From positions 20,608,590 to 20,653,345 of the forward strand of contig NC_069005.1 in the NCBI RefSeq assembly GCF_001194135.2: 44,756 nucleotides of DNA, read 5' to 3'. Position 1 is the stretch's first letter, and every line of letters starts with the position of its first letter. The stretch comes from Octopus bimaculoides (Eukaryota). Made by a program: the position numbers and the translations under genes. Of the stretch, positions 35,209 to 44,756 are shown piece after piece. A model generated the notes under the pieces. The model saw only the letters and a list, made by a program, of their open reading frames with translations. It was not told where the DNA came from and did no database searches.

Positions 35209-35395
35209 TGAACGAGCTGCTGAGACTGAAGAGCAACGAACCCTTCGTCAAGCAAATAATGTTTCTTCCACTGCTGTCACTAGAGCTTCTGAAGATGATG
35301 AACATCGAGCCCTTCGCCTTGCCGCTCAGGCTTCTTCAACTGCTGCCGCAAGAGCGTTTGAGCTCCTGGAGGTGAGACAAGACCGCCTGAACACC
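35209..35395 (+). mobile_element. Helitron Rep N-terminal repeat region fragment
   Basis: RAAETEEQRTLRQA...RASEDDEHRALRLAAQ...RAFELLEVRQDRL, the ETxEQRxxRL-type repeats of Helitron N-termini. Confidence 0.55.
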
Positions 35396-36370
35396 ATATA
35401 TATAGAATAGTTCAAATTAATTAAGGATAAGGAAAATACGAAGTTTATTCAATTTGATATTGCAAATTTTTACCCATCTATTAATCCTATCATACTTAAC
35501 AAAGCATTGTGGTTTGCACATAATAAGGCGGGACTTACGAGGGAGGAGATCAATGTGATATTAGCAGCTAGAAAATCATTTATTAAGTTCAATAATAAAA
35601 TTTGGATTCGCAAAGATACTCCAGATGCCTTTGATGTTCCTATGAGGAGCTCTGATTCAGCACAAATAGTTGACATTGAATGCTCGTATATCCTTAATGA
35701 AATGGCAGATCAATTCCCAAATGTTGGAGGGGGGGGGTCTATACAGGGATGATTTTTGAAGATGATATATCATTAGCTAATTTTTTAGCAGAATTTTTTA
35801 GAGGTAACATTGGACCTACATAATAAAACATAGACCATACCATAAGCCTTCAACTAACCTGAAGTATATCAGTAAGTTTAGTAATCACCCTAGATCAATA
35901 ACGGAAAATTTGGTAAAGAATATATCACCAAAATATAGCCAAAATCCGACTCATGAGCAACGAACCTGAAGGAATTTATCAAATCTATACGAAGCAAACC
36001 AGGTATTCTGGTCTCGGCGGATAAAACTGGAAACTTATATAGAATTGACTACACCACCTACAAAAAACTAATAATGAAAGAACTCAACGGCAAATATAAG
36101 ATAACTTCAAGAAAAACATTATCAGATATCAATTTGAAAATCAAAAAAATTATGATGGAATATGATCTAACTGATAAAATTGAACCACTTACACCTTGAG
36201 AACCTAAAATTAATTTGAAGGACCATAAGAAAAACTTTCAGGAAAACCCTACTGTTAGACTCATTTGCCCAACTAAATCTGATATTGGAAGACTAAGTAA
36301 GCTTATTCTCAATAACATTATACCTTTTATTATTCCTAACCTTGCTCTAAAATTATGGATTAATACGGAT
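35396..36370 (+). mobile_element. Two Penelope RT fragments (RT core/thumb, then a second N-terminal RT piece)
   Basis: KFIQFDIANFYPSINP...FDVPMRSSDSAQIVD; GLYRDD-like; FLEVTLDL; then ADKTGNLY and LKDHKKNFQENPTVRLICPTKSDIG. Confidence 0.8.
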
Positions 36371-36374
36371 GAAG

Positions 36375-36635
36375 GACCAAGTGGTGGGCCGCTGTTCACA
36401 ACGGTGCCCCGCCAATATGAAAGTGATAGGAAAGCTGCTGCAGAGAAGCGCAGGCAGAATAGAAAGAACAATGCTTTGAAGCCCCCGGCACCTGCTACCA
36501 TTCGCTGGTCCCTGCTGCAGCAGATCTTTCCAAGCGCGGATTGGACTTATCAGCCATCTCCACACTCATCGATGATGACTTCCCCACCCACCTCTAGGAT
36601 TATCAGATGGTCCTCGTTCCGACGGATGAACAACA
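36375..36635 (+). mobile_element. RTE-LINE 3' terminus (C-terminal zinc-finger-like end and short tail)
   Basis: YESDRKAAAEKRRQNRK, then shifted-frame CSRSFQARIGLISHLHTHR*; tail atggtcctcgttccgacggatgaacaacaa. Confidence 0.7.
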
Positions 36636-36739
36636 AATCTTTTGTTGGAGATGGGATATTGTTCCTATAGTTTTCCACTGGTATTGTCGCCATTCAAACT
36701 ATAATTTGAATCTAACCTCAATTTGAACACTTCATCACC

Positions 36740-37070
36740 AACACTACCTCTGTCACAGGGTCTAACCAACACACTCTTCACATTCCACACAGTTTCACCT
36801 GCACCTTCTCCAACCTAATTTACTGCATCAAATGCAACCTATGCAACCAACTATACATGGGTCAGACGGGCCGCCGGCTGGCCGACCGTTTCGCCGAACA
36901 CCTAAGGGACGTTCGGACTCCCCCGTCACTTCCACTTGGCCAACCACTCCCCCTCTAACATCTCCGTTTTTGGCCTCGTTCTGCACCATAGATCCACTCC
37001 CTCACGACTCCACCTGGAACAGCGCTATATTTTCAACCTAAGAACAACTTTCCCCTTCATACTCAACACA
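36740..37070 (+). mobile_element. Penelope-like (Neptune-type) GIY-YIG endonuclease fragment
   Basis: HSFTCTFSNLIYCIKCNLCNQLYMGQTGRRLADRFAEHLRDV. Confidence 0.85.
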
Positions 37071-37159
37071 GCCCCCTCCTCCTTGTGACTGTCTCCTTTA
37101 CGACAAAGCAACACTTTTCTTTTTTTTCCACTTTTTTTCATTTTTCATTATTGTTTTTT

Positions 37160-37495
37160 ATATTAACCCCTCCACACGCATACAATTGCACACATGAGCA
37201 TAAACAACACACGTACACAAGAATGCACAACATACACACGCACACACAAGAACATACACAATATACACATACACACACGCACAAAATATACACAGACACA
37301 TATGCACCCAACACTTACAATCCCACACACGCACACACCCCTCCACACACAATGCACATATATACATGCAAATGAATCCACACATTACTCCACACACACA
37401 ACAAACATTAACACATACACGCACACACACAAACACAGACCCGCGCGCACGCACACAAACACAGACCCACGCGCACGCACACAAACTTACCTCCC
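37160..37495. repeat. CA-rich degenerate microsatellite
   Basis: Low-complexity tract. Confidence 0.75.
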
Positions 37496-38646
37496 TCTTG
37501 CACTCTCCTGTCTTAGAAAGAACTTTTGCTCCACCACTTCCCCTTCTGGTCCTTCCACAATGTAACCCCGTGGACATCAGTGGCAATTTTTTTCTTCCTC
37601 CGTTTTCCCCTCCTTTGNNNNNNNNNNNNNNNNNNNNNNNNNNNNNNNNNNNNNNNNNNNNNNNNNNNNNNNNNNNNNNNNNNNNNNNNNNNNNNNNNNN
37701 NNNNNNNNNNNNNNNNNNNNNNNNNNNNNNNNNNNNNNNNNNNNNNNNNNNNNNNNNNNNNNNNNNNNNNNNNNNNNNNNNNNNNNNNNNNNNNNNNNNN
37801 NNNNNNNNNNNNNNNNNNNNNNNNNNNNNNNNNNNNNNNNNNNNNNNNNNNNNNNNNNNNNNNNNNNNNNNNNNNNNNNNNNNNNNNNNNNNNNNNNNNN
37901 NNNNNNNNNNNNNNNNNNNNNNNNNNNNNNNNNNNNNNNNNNNNNNNNNNNNNNNNNNNNNNNNNNNNNNNNNNNNNNNNNNNNNNNNNNNNNNNNNNNN
38001 NNNNNNNNNNNNNNNNNNNNNNNNNNNNNNNNNNNNNNNNNNNNNNNNNNNNNNNNNNNNNNNNNNNNNNNNNNNNNNNNNNNNNNNNNNNNNNNNNNNN
38101 NNNNNNNNNNNNNNNNNNNNNNNNNNNNNNNNNNNNNNNNNNNNNNNNNNNNNNNNNNNNNNNNNNNNNNNNNNNNNNNNNNNNNNNNNNNNNNNNNNNN
38201 NNNNNNNNNNNNNNNNNNNNNATACAGAACTGACACGCACGCACCCGACAAACTTTAACATATAAACAGCTTTCCAAACGCAAAGAATAATGTTCATACC
38301 AGGGATCATGTATGTATGCTGATATTTCTATATACATATATGTATGTAGGTATGTGTGAGGGGATAGATATATGTGTGTATGTCCCCCTCACATGTGGTG
38401 ACAGTGACTGTTGACTATTTTGGTATGTATGTGCAGCTATCTGTGTATGTGCATCTGAGCACACATATGTACTCATGTAGTTATGTTTTTGCACCCATGT
38501 ATATCTGCATATGGTAATGTATACATGTATAGGCATGTATATTGGAGTTTTTATAACTATTTATATGGTTTTATATACTTTTTGTAGGCTTTTTTTTATG
38601 TGCCTAATATTTTTATTTTTTATTTTATATTTGTATTGAATTTTGT

Positions 38647-38786
38647 AAATCTCTGAAGAGGCCTAGCGAATCATGCATGTACCCCCATTACATCATTTTC
38701 ATCTACTAATTAATTACTCCAGCGTACGGGAGCTATACAGATAGAACTGGGCATGCCAACACTAGGCCGAAACAGCTGTAAGATTT
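38647..38786 (+). ncRNA. Type-I hammerhead ribozyme with a 95-nt helix II loop
   Basis: AAATCT-CUGAAGA-GGCCTAG-(95 nt)-CTAGGCC-GAAA-CAGCTG-UA-AGATTT; all three helices Watson-Crick; predicted cleavage after 38780. Confidence 0.8.
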
Positions 38787-38964
38787 TGTCCCTTCTCCAA
38801 TTGCTAAATGTCCTTTAAATTTAAAATCTTAATATGACATGGTATGTCATAAGTTTCTGTATATTGTGTTTTTTGTGAATTTAGTTATAAAATAAACAGA
38901 TTAATCAACGGAATACAGTGTCTGCATGTTGAGTGCCTCATATTCCCCTCCATTTTCTTATTGC

Positions 38965-38968
38965 TATA

Positions 38969-39009
<41 letters not shown>

Positions 39010-39105
39010 CAGTGTGTGTGTGTGTGTGTATGTATATATATATTATATATATATATACACACATACATGTATATATGTGTATATATATATATGTGTGTGT
39101 GTATA
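38965..39105. repeat. (TA)n/(TG)n compound microsatellite
   Basis: Direct reading. Confidence 0.85.
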
Positions 39106-40117
39106 GTTCAGCGGAATCAACCTCAAGCTGTGGTAGTGTTATTACAAAAACCAACCATTCAGGTTAGTGACTATATATATGTGTTCATAAATTGTGTGCA
39201 TGTATGTATGCGTGTGTATATATCTATAAATATATAGCTGAGTTTGTGAGTGTGTGTGTTTGTGTGTGTATACAATTCATACATTTACACAATTCCAAAT
39301 TTCTTGAATGAAACAATCGGAATTAATATTCTAAATACCATAACTTAGGTAACTGCGTCATTTTTTCCGTGAAAATAAATCACAGTTACCAATAAAATCC
39401 ATTAAACTGCGCAAAATAATATTTTCCCCCCTAATAAAACCTAAATTTCCTCTTTCTACGACCTTTACAAATCCTTTCTCTTATGAACGTTTACGAACAA
39501 TCCAACAACAATTACAAGAACAAAAGAACATACTGTTATGACATACTTTCACTTTAATCCTTTCATTTTCATGCCGAGAAACTATTACTCTCACATATAT
39601 AGGCATACATACATATATACATACATACCTCATTCAAATAAACAGACACGCTACCAATCATATGTAAATACACACATATATATGTACCTATGGTTACCAA
39701 TGACCCCATTCTAATTGGCAGGAATTGTAAGTTCACTTTCCATTTCTAACAAAACCAAAATAGCGGGACATCGTTTTCAAATACGATCGACAAAAATTTA
39801 TTCCTACAAACTGAGTTTTTTTTTAATCTTTTTATATCAATATAAAATATAGACATTTATTTATGCATGTATATGGGTATATAATATTTTGGAAAAAACA
39901 TAATAACTTTAAGGTTTCCATTATTTGGAAAGTGCCATTTTATGTATTTTTTAATATACCTCCTTTACTAACACCCATTCAATTACAAATACATTTTCTG
40001 TTTATATCTTTCTCTTAGCTTCCCCAAACACTATGAAAACGATACCAATAATGTATATCTGGAAGACATGTGCATTTTGCCTTCTGTCTCGTAGTTATAC
40101 GTTAATCTTTGACGGCT

Positions 40118-40189
40118 GGTTACTGAAGAGAATTTGCCTAGTAAATTTTTTTTATTTACTAAAAGAATTCGAAACCTATAGGTCTAACC
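40118..40189 (+). ncRNA. Canonical type-I hammerhead ribozyme
   Basis: GGTTA-CUGAAGA-GAATTT...GAATTC-GAAA-CCTATAGG-UC-TAACC; intact core, GUC triplet, predicted cleavage after 40184. Confidence 0.88.
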
Positions 40190-41224
40190 GTTAAAAATAA
40201 GGTAAAAGTTTTTATTTTTTCTTCCCTTTGAAATGTCTTAACTTTGTGGTTTTCGGTCGTTTATGACTGCCTTCTAGCGTGTAGAAATTGCCTATTATAG
40301 GTAATTTCTCTTATATTTTATATTGAATATGTTGTCTATTGACTTTTTTACATGCTAGGCCACTGGTAGTATAACTCTGTATAGTTTTGTACCCTTTTAT
40401 ATATATATATATTTACAGTAATTATATGTNNNNNNNNNNNNNNNNNNNNNNNNNNNNNNNNNNNNNNNNNNNNNNNNNNNNNNNNNNNNNNNNNNNNNNN
40501 NNNNNNNNNNNNNNNNNNNNNNNNNNNNNNNNNNNNNNNNNNNNNNNNNNNNNNNNNNNNNNNNNNNNNNNNNNNNNNNNNNNNNNNNNNNNNNNNNNNN
40601 NNNNNNNNNNNNNNNNNNNNNNNNNNNNNNNNNNNNNNNNNNNNNNNNNNNNNNNNNNNNNNNNNNNNNNNNNNNNNNNNNNNNNNNNNNNNNNNNNNNN
40701 NNNNNNNNNNNNNNNNNNNNNNNNNNNNNNNNNNNNNNNNNNNNNNNNNNNNNNNNNNNNNNNNNNNNNNNNNNNNNNNNNNNNNNNNNNNNNNNNNNNN
40801 NNNNNNNNNNNNNNNNNNNNNNNNNNNNNNNNNNNNNNNNNNNNNNNNNNNNNNNNNNNNNNNNNNNNNNNNNNNNNNNNNNNNNNNNNNNNNNNNNNNN
40901 NNNNNNNNNNNNNNNNNNNNNNNNNNNNNNNNNNNNNNNNNNNNNNNNNNNNNNNNNNNNNNNNNNNNNNNNNNNNNNNNNNNNNNNNNNNNNNNNNNNN
41001 NNNNNNNNNNNNNNNNNNNNNNNNNNNNNNNNNNNNNNNNNNNNNNNNNNNNNNNNNNNNNNNNNNNNNNNNNNNNNNNNNNNNNNNNNNNNNNNNNNNN
41101 NNNNNNNNNNNNNNNNNNNNNNNNNNNNNNNNNNNNNNNNNNNNNNNNNNNNNNNNNNNNNNNNNNNNNNNNNNNNNNNNNNNNNNNNNNNNNNNNNNNN
41201 NNNNNNNNNNNNNNNNNNNNNNNC

Positions 41225-43005
41225 TGCAATGTGCTGTTCAGGTGGAAAAGTGAAATTACCTGCTTTGGAGGATCCCCCACAGCCACTGCAGGAGCTTCTT
41301 CTGGGAACAACTACTGATTCAAGACACTTCCTACGCAACATAAGAAAATATAACTGTGCGTTTCAAATGACCTCTTTCGGTGCAAATATCATCAGAGAGG
41401 ATGGATTCATGCCTAGATTTAAAGTCCAGGGTCAGGTTTACCACAGGATAGGACCTCTTCAACGTGATACCATCCAAGAGCCGCAGTTTCTTCAACTATA
41501 CTTCGTTTGCAGCTACCAAGAACAGCCGGCAAAACGAAAGAACATATCACCTGTGACTAACTTCCAACTGATATTGCGGCTACAGGAAATGCTTCATGAA
41601 ACAAATAGTTATCTTAAGAGTTTCAAGTATGCTTTAGAGATAGCGTCAGGCCCCAATTTCAATGTTGTCATAGATGCTGATAAACGTCCATTTGGTGAGC
41701 ATGCAGGCCGGTATAATCAACCATCTTGTAATGAAGTCGTCATTGTTCTTCAAGGTGAACCCTCTAATCCAAGGGATATTGTTTTGTCATGCCGCGATAA
41801 CAGCATCCAACGAATACACGAATCTCATAGGGCATACGATGCGCTCCAGTACCCCTTGCTATTCGTTTACGGTGAGGATGGGTACCATTTCGGTATTCCT
41901 CNNNNNNNNNNNNNNNNNNNNNNNNNNNNNNNNNNNNNNNNNNNNNNNNNNNNNNNNNNNNNNNNNNNNNNNNNNNNNNNNNNNNNNNNNNNNNNNNNNN
42001 NNNNNNNNNNNNNNNNNNNNNNNNNNNNNNNNNNNNNNNNNNNNNNNNNNNNNNNNNNNNNNNNNNNNNNNNNNNNNNNNNNNNNNNNNNNNNNNNNNNN
42101 NNNNNNNNNNNNNNNNNNNNNNNNNNNNNNNNNNNNNNNNNNNNNNNNNNNNNNNNNNNNNNNNNNNNNNNNNNNNNNNNNNNNNNNNNNNNNNNNNNNN
42201 NNNNNNNNNNNNNNNNNNNNNNNNNNNNNNNNNNNNNNNNNNNNNNNNNNNNNNNNNNNNNNNNNNNNNNNNNNNNNNNNNNNNNNCTTCATTTACCGGG
42301 GGTCCGCGGTATATGCATGAGAGAATGCAAGATGCCATGACGTTTGTACGTCATTTTGGTTGCCCGGATTTATTCATAACCTTTACTTGCAACCCCAAGT
42401 GGATTGAAATTGAAATTGAATTATTAAACGGTCAGAGGCCCACTGACAGGCACGATCTTCTTGCCAGAGTTTTTCTGTTGAAGCTACAGAAACTCATGGA
42501 TTTGATCAAGATAGGACAGATATTCGGAAGTGTTAAATGCGACATGTATACTATCGAGTGGCAAAAAAGGTCTTCCGCATGCCCATATTCTCTTATGGTT
42601 GTCCTCAAAAATCAATTCAAACAATATAGACAGCCTTATATCAGCAGAACATGCCTGATCCAGCGGTAGACCCAGATCTTTTTCATATAGTACACTCAAA
42701 CATGATTCATGGACCTTGTAGGTATGGATTTAACATCCATTCACCATGCTTCAGAGATTCGAAGAGGGTTTCCCAAGAAGTTCCAGCTTCATACTCAGAT
42801 GGGCAATGATAGCTACCCCCTATACAGGCGAAGGAGTCCTGAAGACGGTGGGCTCACGGTTAAGGTAGGGCACCACGAAGTAGACAACAGATGGATCATG
42901 CCATTTTGCCCGCTTCTGTCCAAAGCATTTAACGCTCATATCAACGTAGAGTTTTGCAGTTCAATCAAGTCTATCAAATATGTCTGCAAATATATAAATA
43001 TCTAA
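41225..43005 (+). mobile_element. Helitron Rep (HUH) domain, degenerate and gapped
   Basis: CCSGGKVKLP...NIRKYNCAFQMTSFGA...KVQGQVYHRIG; GGPRYM...PDLFITFTCNPKW (motif 1); YTIEWQKR (motif 2, frameshifted); NAHINVEFCSSIKSIKYVCKYI (motif 3). Hairpin cgggcaacgccggg at about 43079-43092. Confidence 0.92.
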
Positions 43006-43597
43006 GATATTTATACATCAGTACGAGAAGAACGCAATGACATCGGTTTCAAGTATTACTAAAATCAATTAAATTTCTCGGGCAACGCCGGGCTGACCTT
43101 TAAGATCTCTGTATCTATATCTATTTATCGCTTTATCTTCTTCTACATTTAGATTTTTCCTCACCACCCTTCGCCAACCCATCTAAATAGCTTAGATGTA
43201 TCTTACTTGACTATCCAGATTTTCTCTTATTGTTTCTTAGATTACCCGCCCCACCGATTTGACTCCTTTTATGTTTTATTTTAATTTTATTTTTACATGA
43301 ATATCTGTGTATTACTTTTTCTTTTTTTCTCAGGATTTTATATTCCTATTTTATTTTATATTATTATTTCATTTTGTCATTTTATTATATTGTTCTTAAC
43401 CACCAACTTAACACTACACACTGAATCGTGGCAGGGTATGGACGGATTTCGGAGTACCAAGGAAATTATGTGTAAATGGAGAATTCTACGAGGTATAGTA
43501 CAATGCAAAATACCAAAAGGAGCCTCACCTCTTATATCTCACCTTTCTTCCTCCTTTAACGCCGATGTGATATAATTTCTTGGGAGAGAAATACTTT

Positions 43598-43664
43598 TGT
43601 GGCTGAAGATAGCTTTGTATTGTCAATTATACACTGATATAAAGCTTGAAACACGTGTACCGCA
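43598..43664 (+). ncRNA. Type-I hammerhead ribozyme motif with U.U at the base of helix II
   Basis: TGTGG-CUGAAGA-T-AGCTTTGTAT...ATATAAAGCT-T-GAAA-CACGTG-UA-CCGCA; predicted cleavage after 43659. Confidence 0.75.
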
Positions 43665-44332
43665 GAATCCTTTGTGTTTTTGTTTTTATTTTTTGCATTT
43701 ACAATTCATATATATATACATGTAGGAATCTGGTAGGCGTGAAGTGGATTCGATCCACTATACCCAAATTTGAATAGCTAGGCCGAAGCGGTGTCTCCAC
43801 CACTTGACCCCTTTCTGACCTCTTCTACTCCATCTAGAATAGAGATAAACAAGACCGCCAGCTAAATCCTTTGCACTCACTACCCTTCTCCATAGCTATA
43901 AAAACAAGAGACCTCCAAGCAAACTTCCTCTTTCTTTAGTCACCAGTGGTCACTTGATGACTCATGGAGAACGAAGCCTGTCTGACCAGCTACAACCTTG
44001 CCAGAGGGAGAGAGAAGTTTACAGTCAGCCACTGTGAGACAACGGTGCACACATTATAACTAATAGGAGCTCTCATCCTTTTCTCTATAACCCTACCATC
44101 TCTCTCTCTATGTAATTACTACTATGAAAAAGTGTACATACAGATACAGGCTAAAATTCTTAACCTTGTGTGCTTTACGTACAAACTGTTATTCTATTAC
44201 ACTGGCCTACCCGTCGTGGTATGGCAACATATAAAGTAACGGTAAATAAACATTTCTATAAAAATGTTGATCATCTCCATCGTTCATCTTATAACCAGTA
44301 CAAGTGGTAAATAATACTTATCATTACAATGG

Positions 44333-44685
44333 GTGACATATCTATACAACACAAAAACGTCAACCGTTACATATATATATATAGAGAATTATATTTATAT
44401 AGGATGTAGTATTAACCTGAAACAGAGAATATATAACCATAAGTCTTCGTTTAGACTTAGACATAAGGCAAATAGTACGACATTGGCAAGTAAAATTTGG
44501 GAGTTAAAAGATAATGGTATTAATTTTAGCCTTAAATGGGAAATTATAAGAAAAGCTCAACCTTATAGAAATAATAGATATGGATGTGAATTATGTTCTA
44601 TGGAAATATATGAAATTTTTAAACTTAGGAACAATCCTAATCTAATCAATAATAGATTAGACCTTAGGGTATCATGTGTTATTTC
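44333..44685 (+). mobile_element. Penelope-like GIY-YIG endonuclease C-terminal fragment
   Basis: YIYIGCSINLKQRIYNHKSSF...STTLASKIWELKD...LKWEII...CELCSMEI; the ORF-track extension to 44749 runs into a SINE tail. Confidence 0.85.
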
Positions 44686-44756
44686 TTTACTACCCACAAG
44701 GGGCTACACACAGAGGGGACAAACAAAGACAGACAAACAAACAGATTAAGTCAATT

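Noticed and set aside
34661-35650. Inverted Penelope RT pair as one twin-priming inversion
   Set aside because: Differences concentrate at synonymous positions, indicating separately evolved lineages
37158-42669. Long ORFs (200-380 aa) in the track at 37.2-38.3, 40.3-41.3 and 41.9-42.3 kb
   Set aside because: Mostly runs of N translated as X; only the Helitron Rep segments are real

Overview
AT-rich, repeat-dense animal genomic DNA from a gapped short-read scaffold. The SINE/RTE repertoire looks like octopus or another coleoid cephalopod; this is inferred from recalled repeat families, not searched. Host genes I can support are the terminal exon of a trypsin-family serine protease (1807-1965, +) and one tRNA-Val(TAC) (13870-13942, -). 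The left half (1-23.8 kb) holds mixed-orientation SINEs, Tx1/L1 and RTE LINEs, mariner and DD37D/maT transposons, Helitron pieces and two MITEs with target-site duplications (hAT-type, Merlin-type). The right half (23.8-44.7 kb) differs: it is nearly SINE-free and is a patchwork of Tx1, Gypsy, Merlin, Helitron, Penelope and RTE fragments, almost all on the + strand. It contains a nearly intact parvovirus NS1-like gene (about 500 codons, one stop once gap-flanking duplications are collapsed), flanked by a small upstream ORF and a CCCH zinc-finger ORF. Six type-I hammerhead-ribozyme motifs with palindromic helix III occur in the window, several next to Penelope remnants. Top leads: the endogenous parvoviral element, the strand-biased patchwork (candidate uni-strand piRNA cluster) and the hammerhead set.
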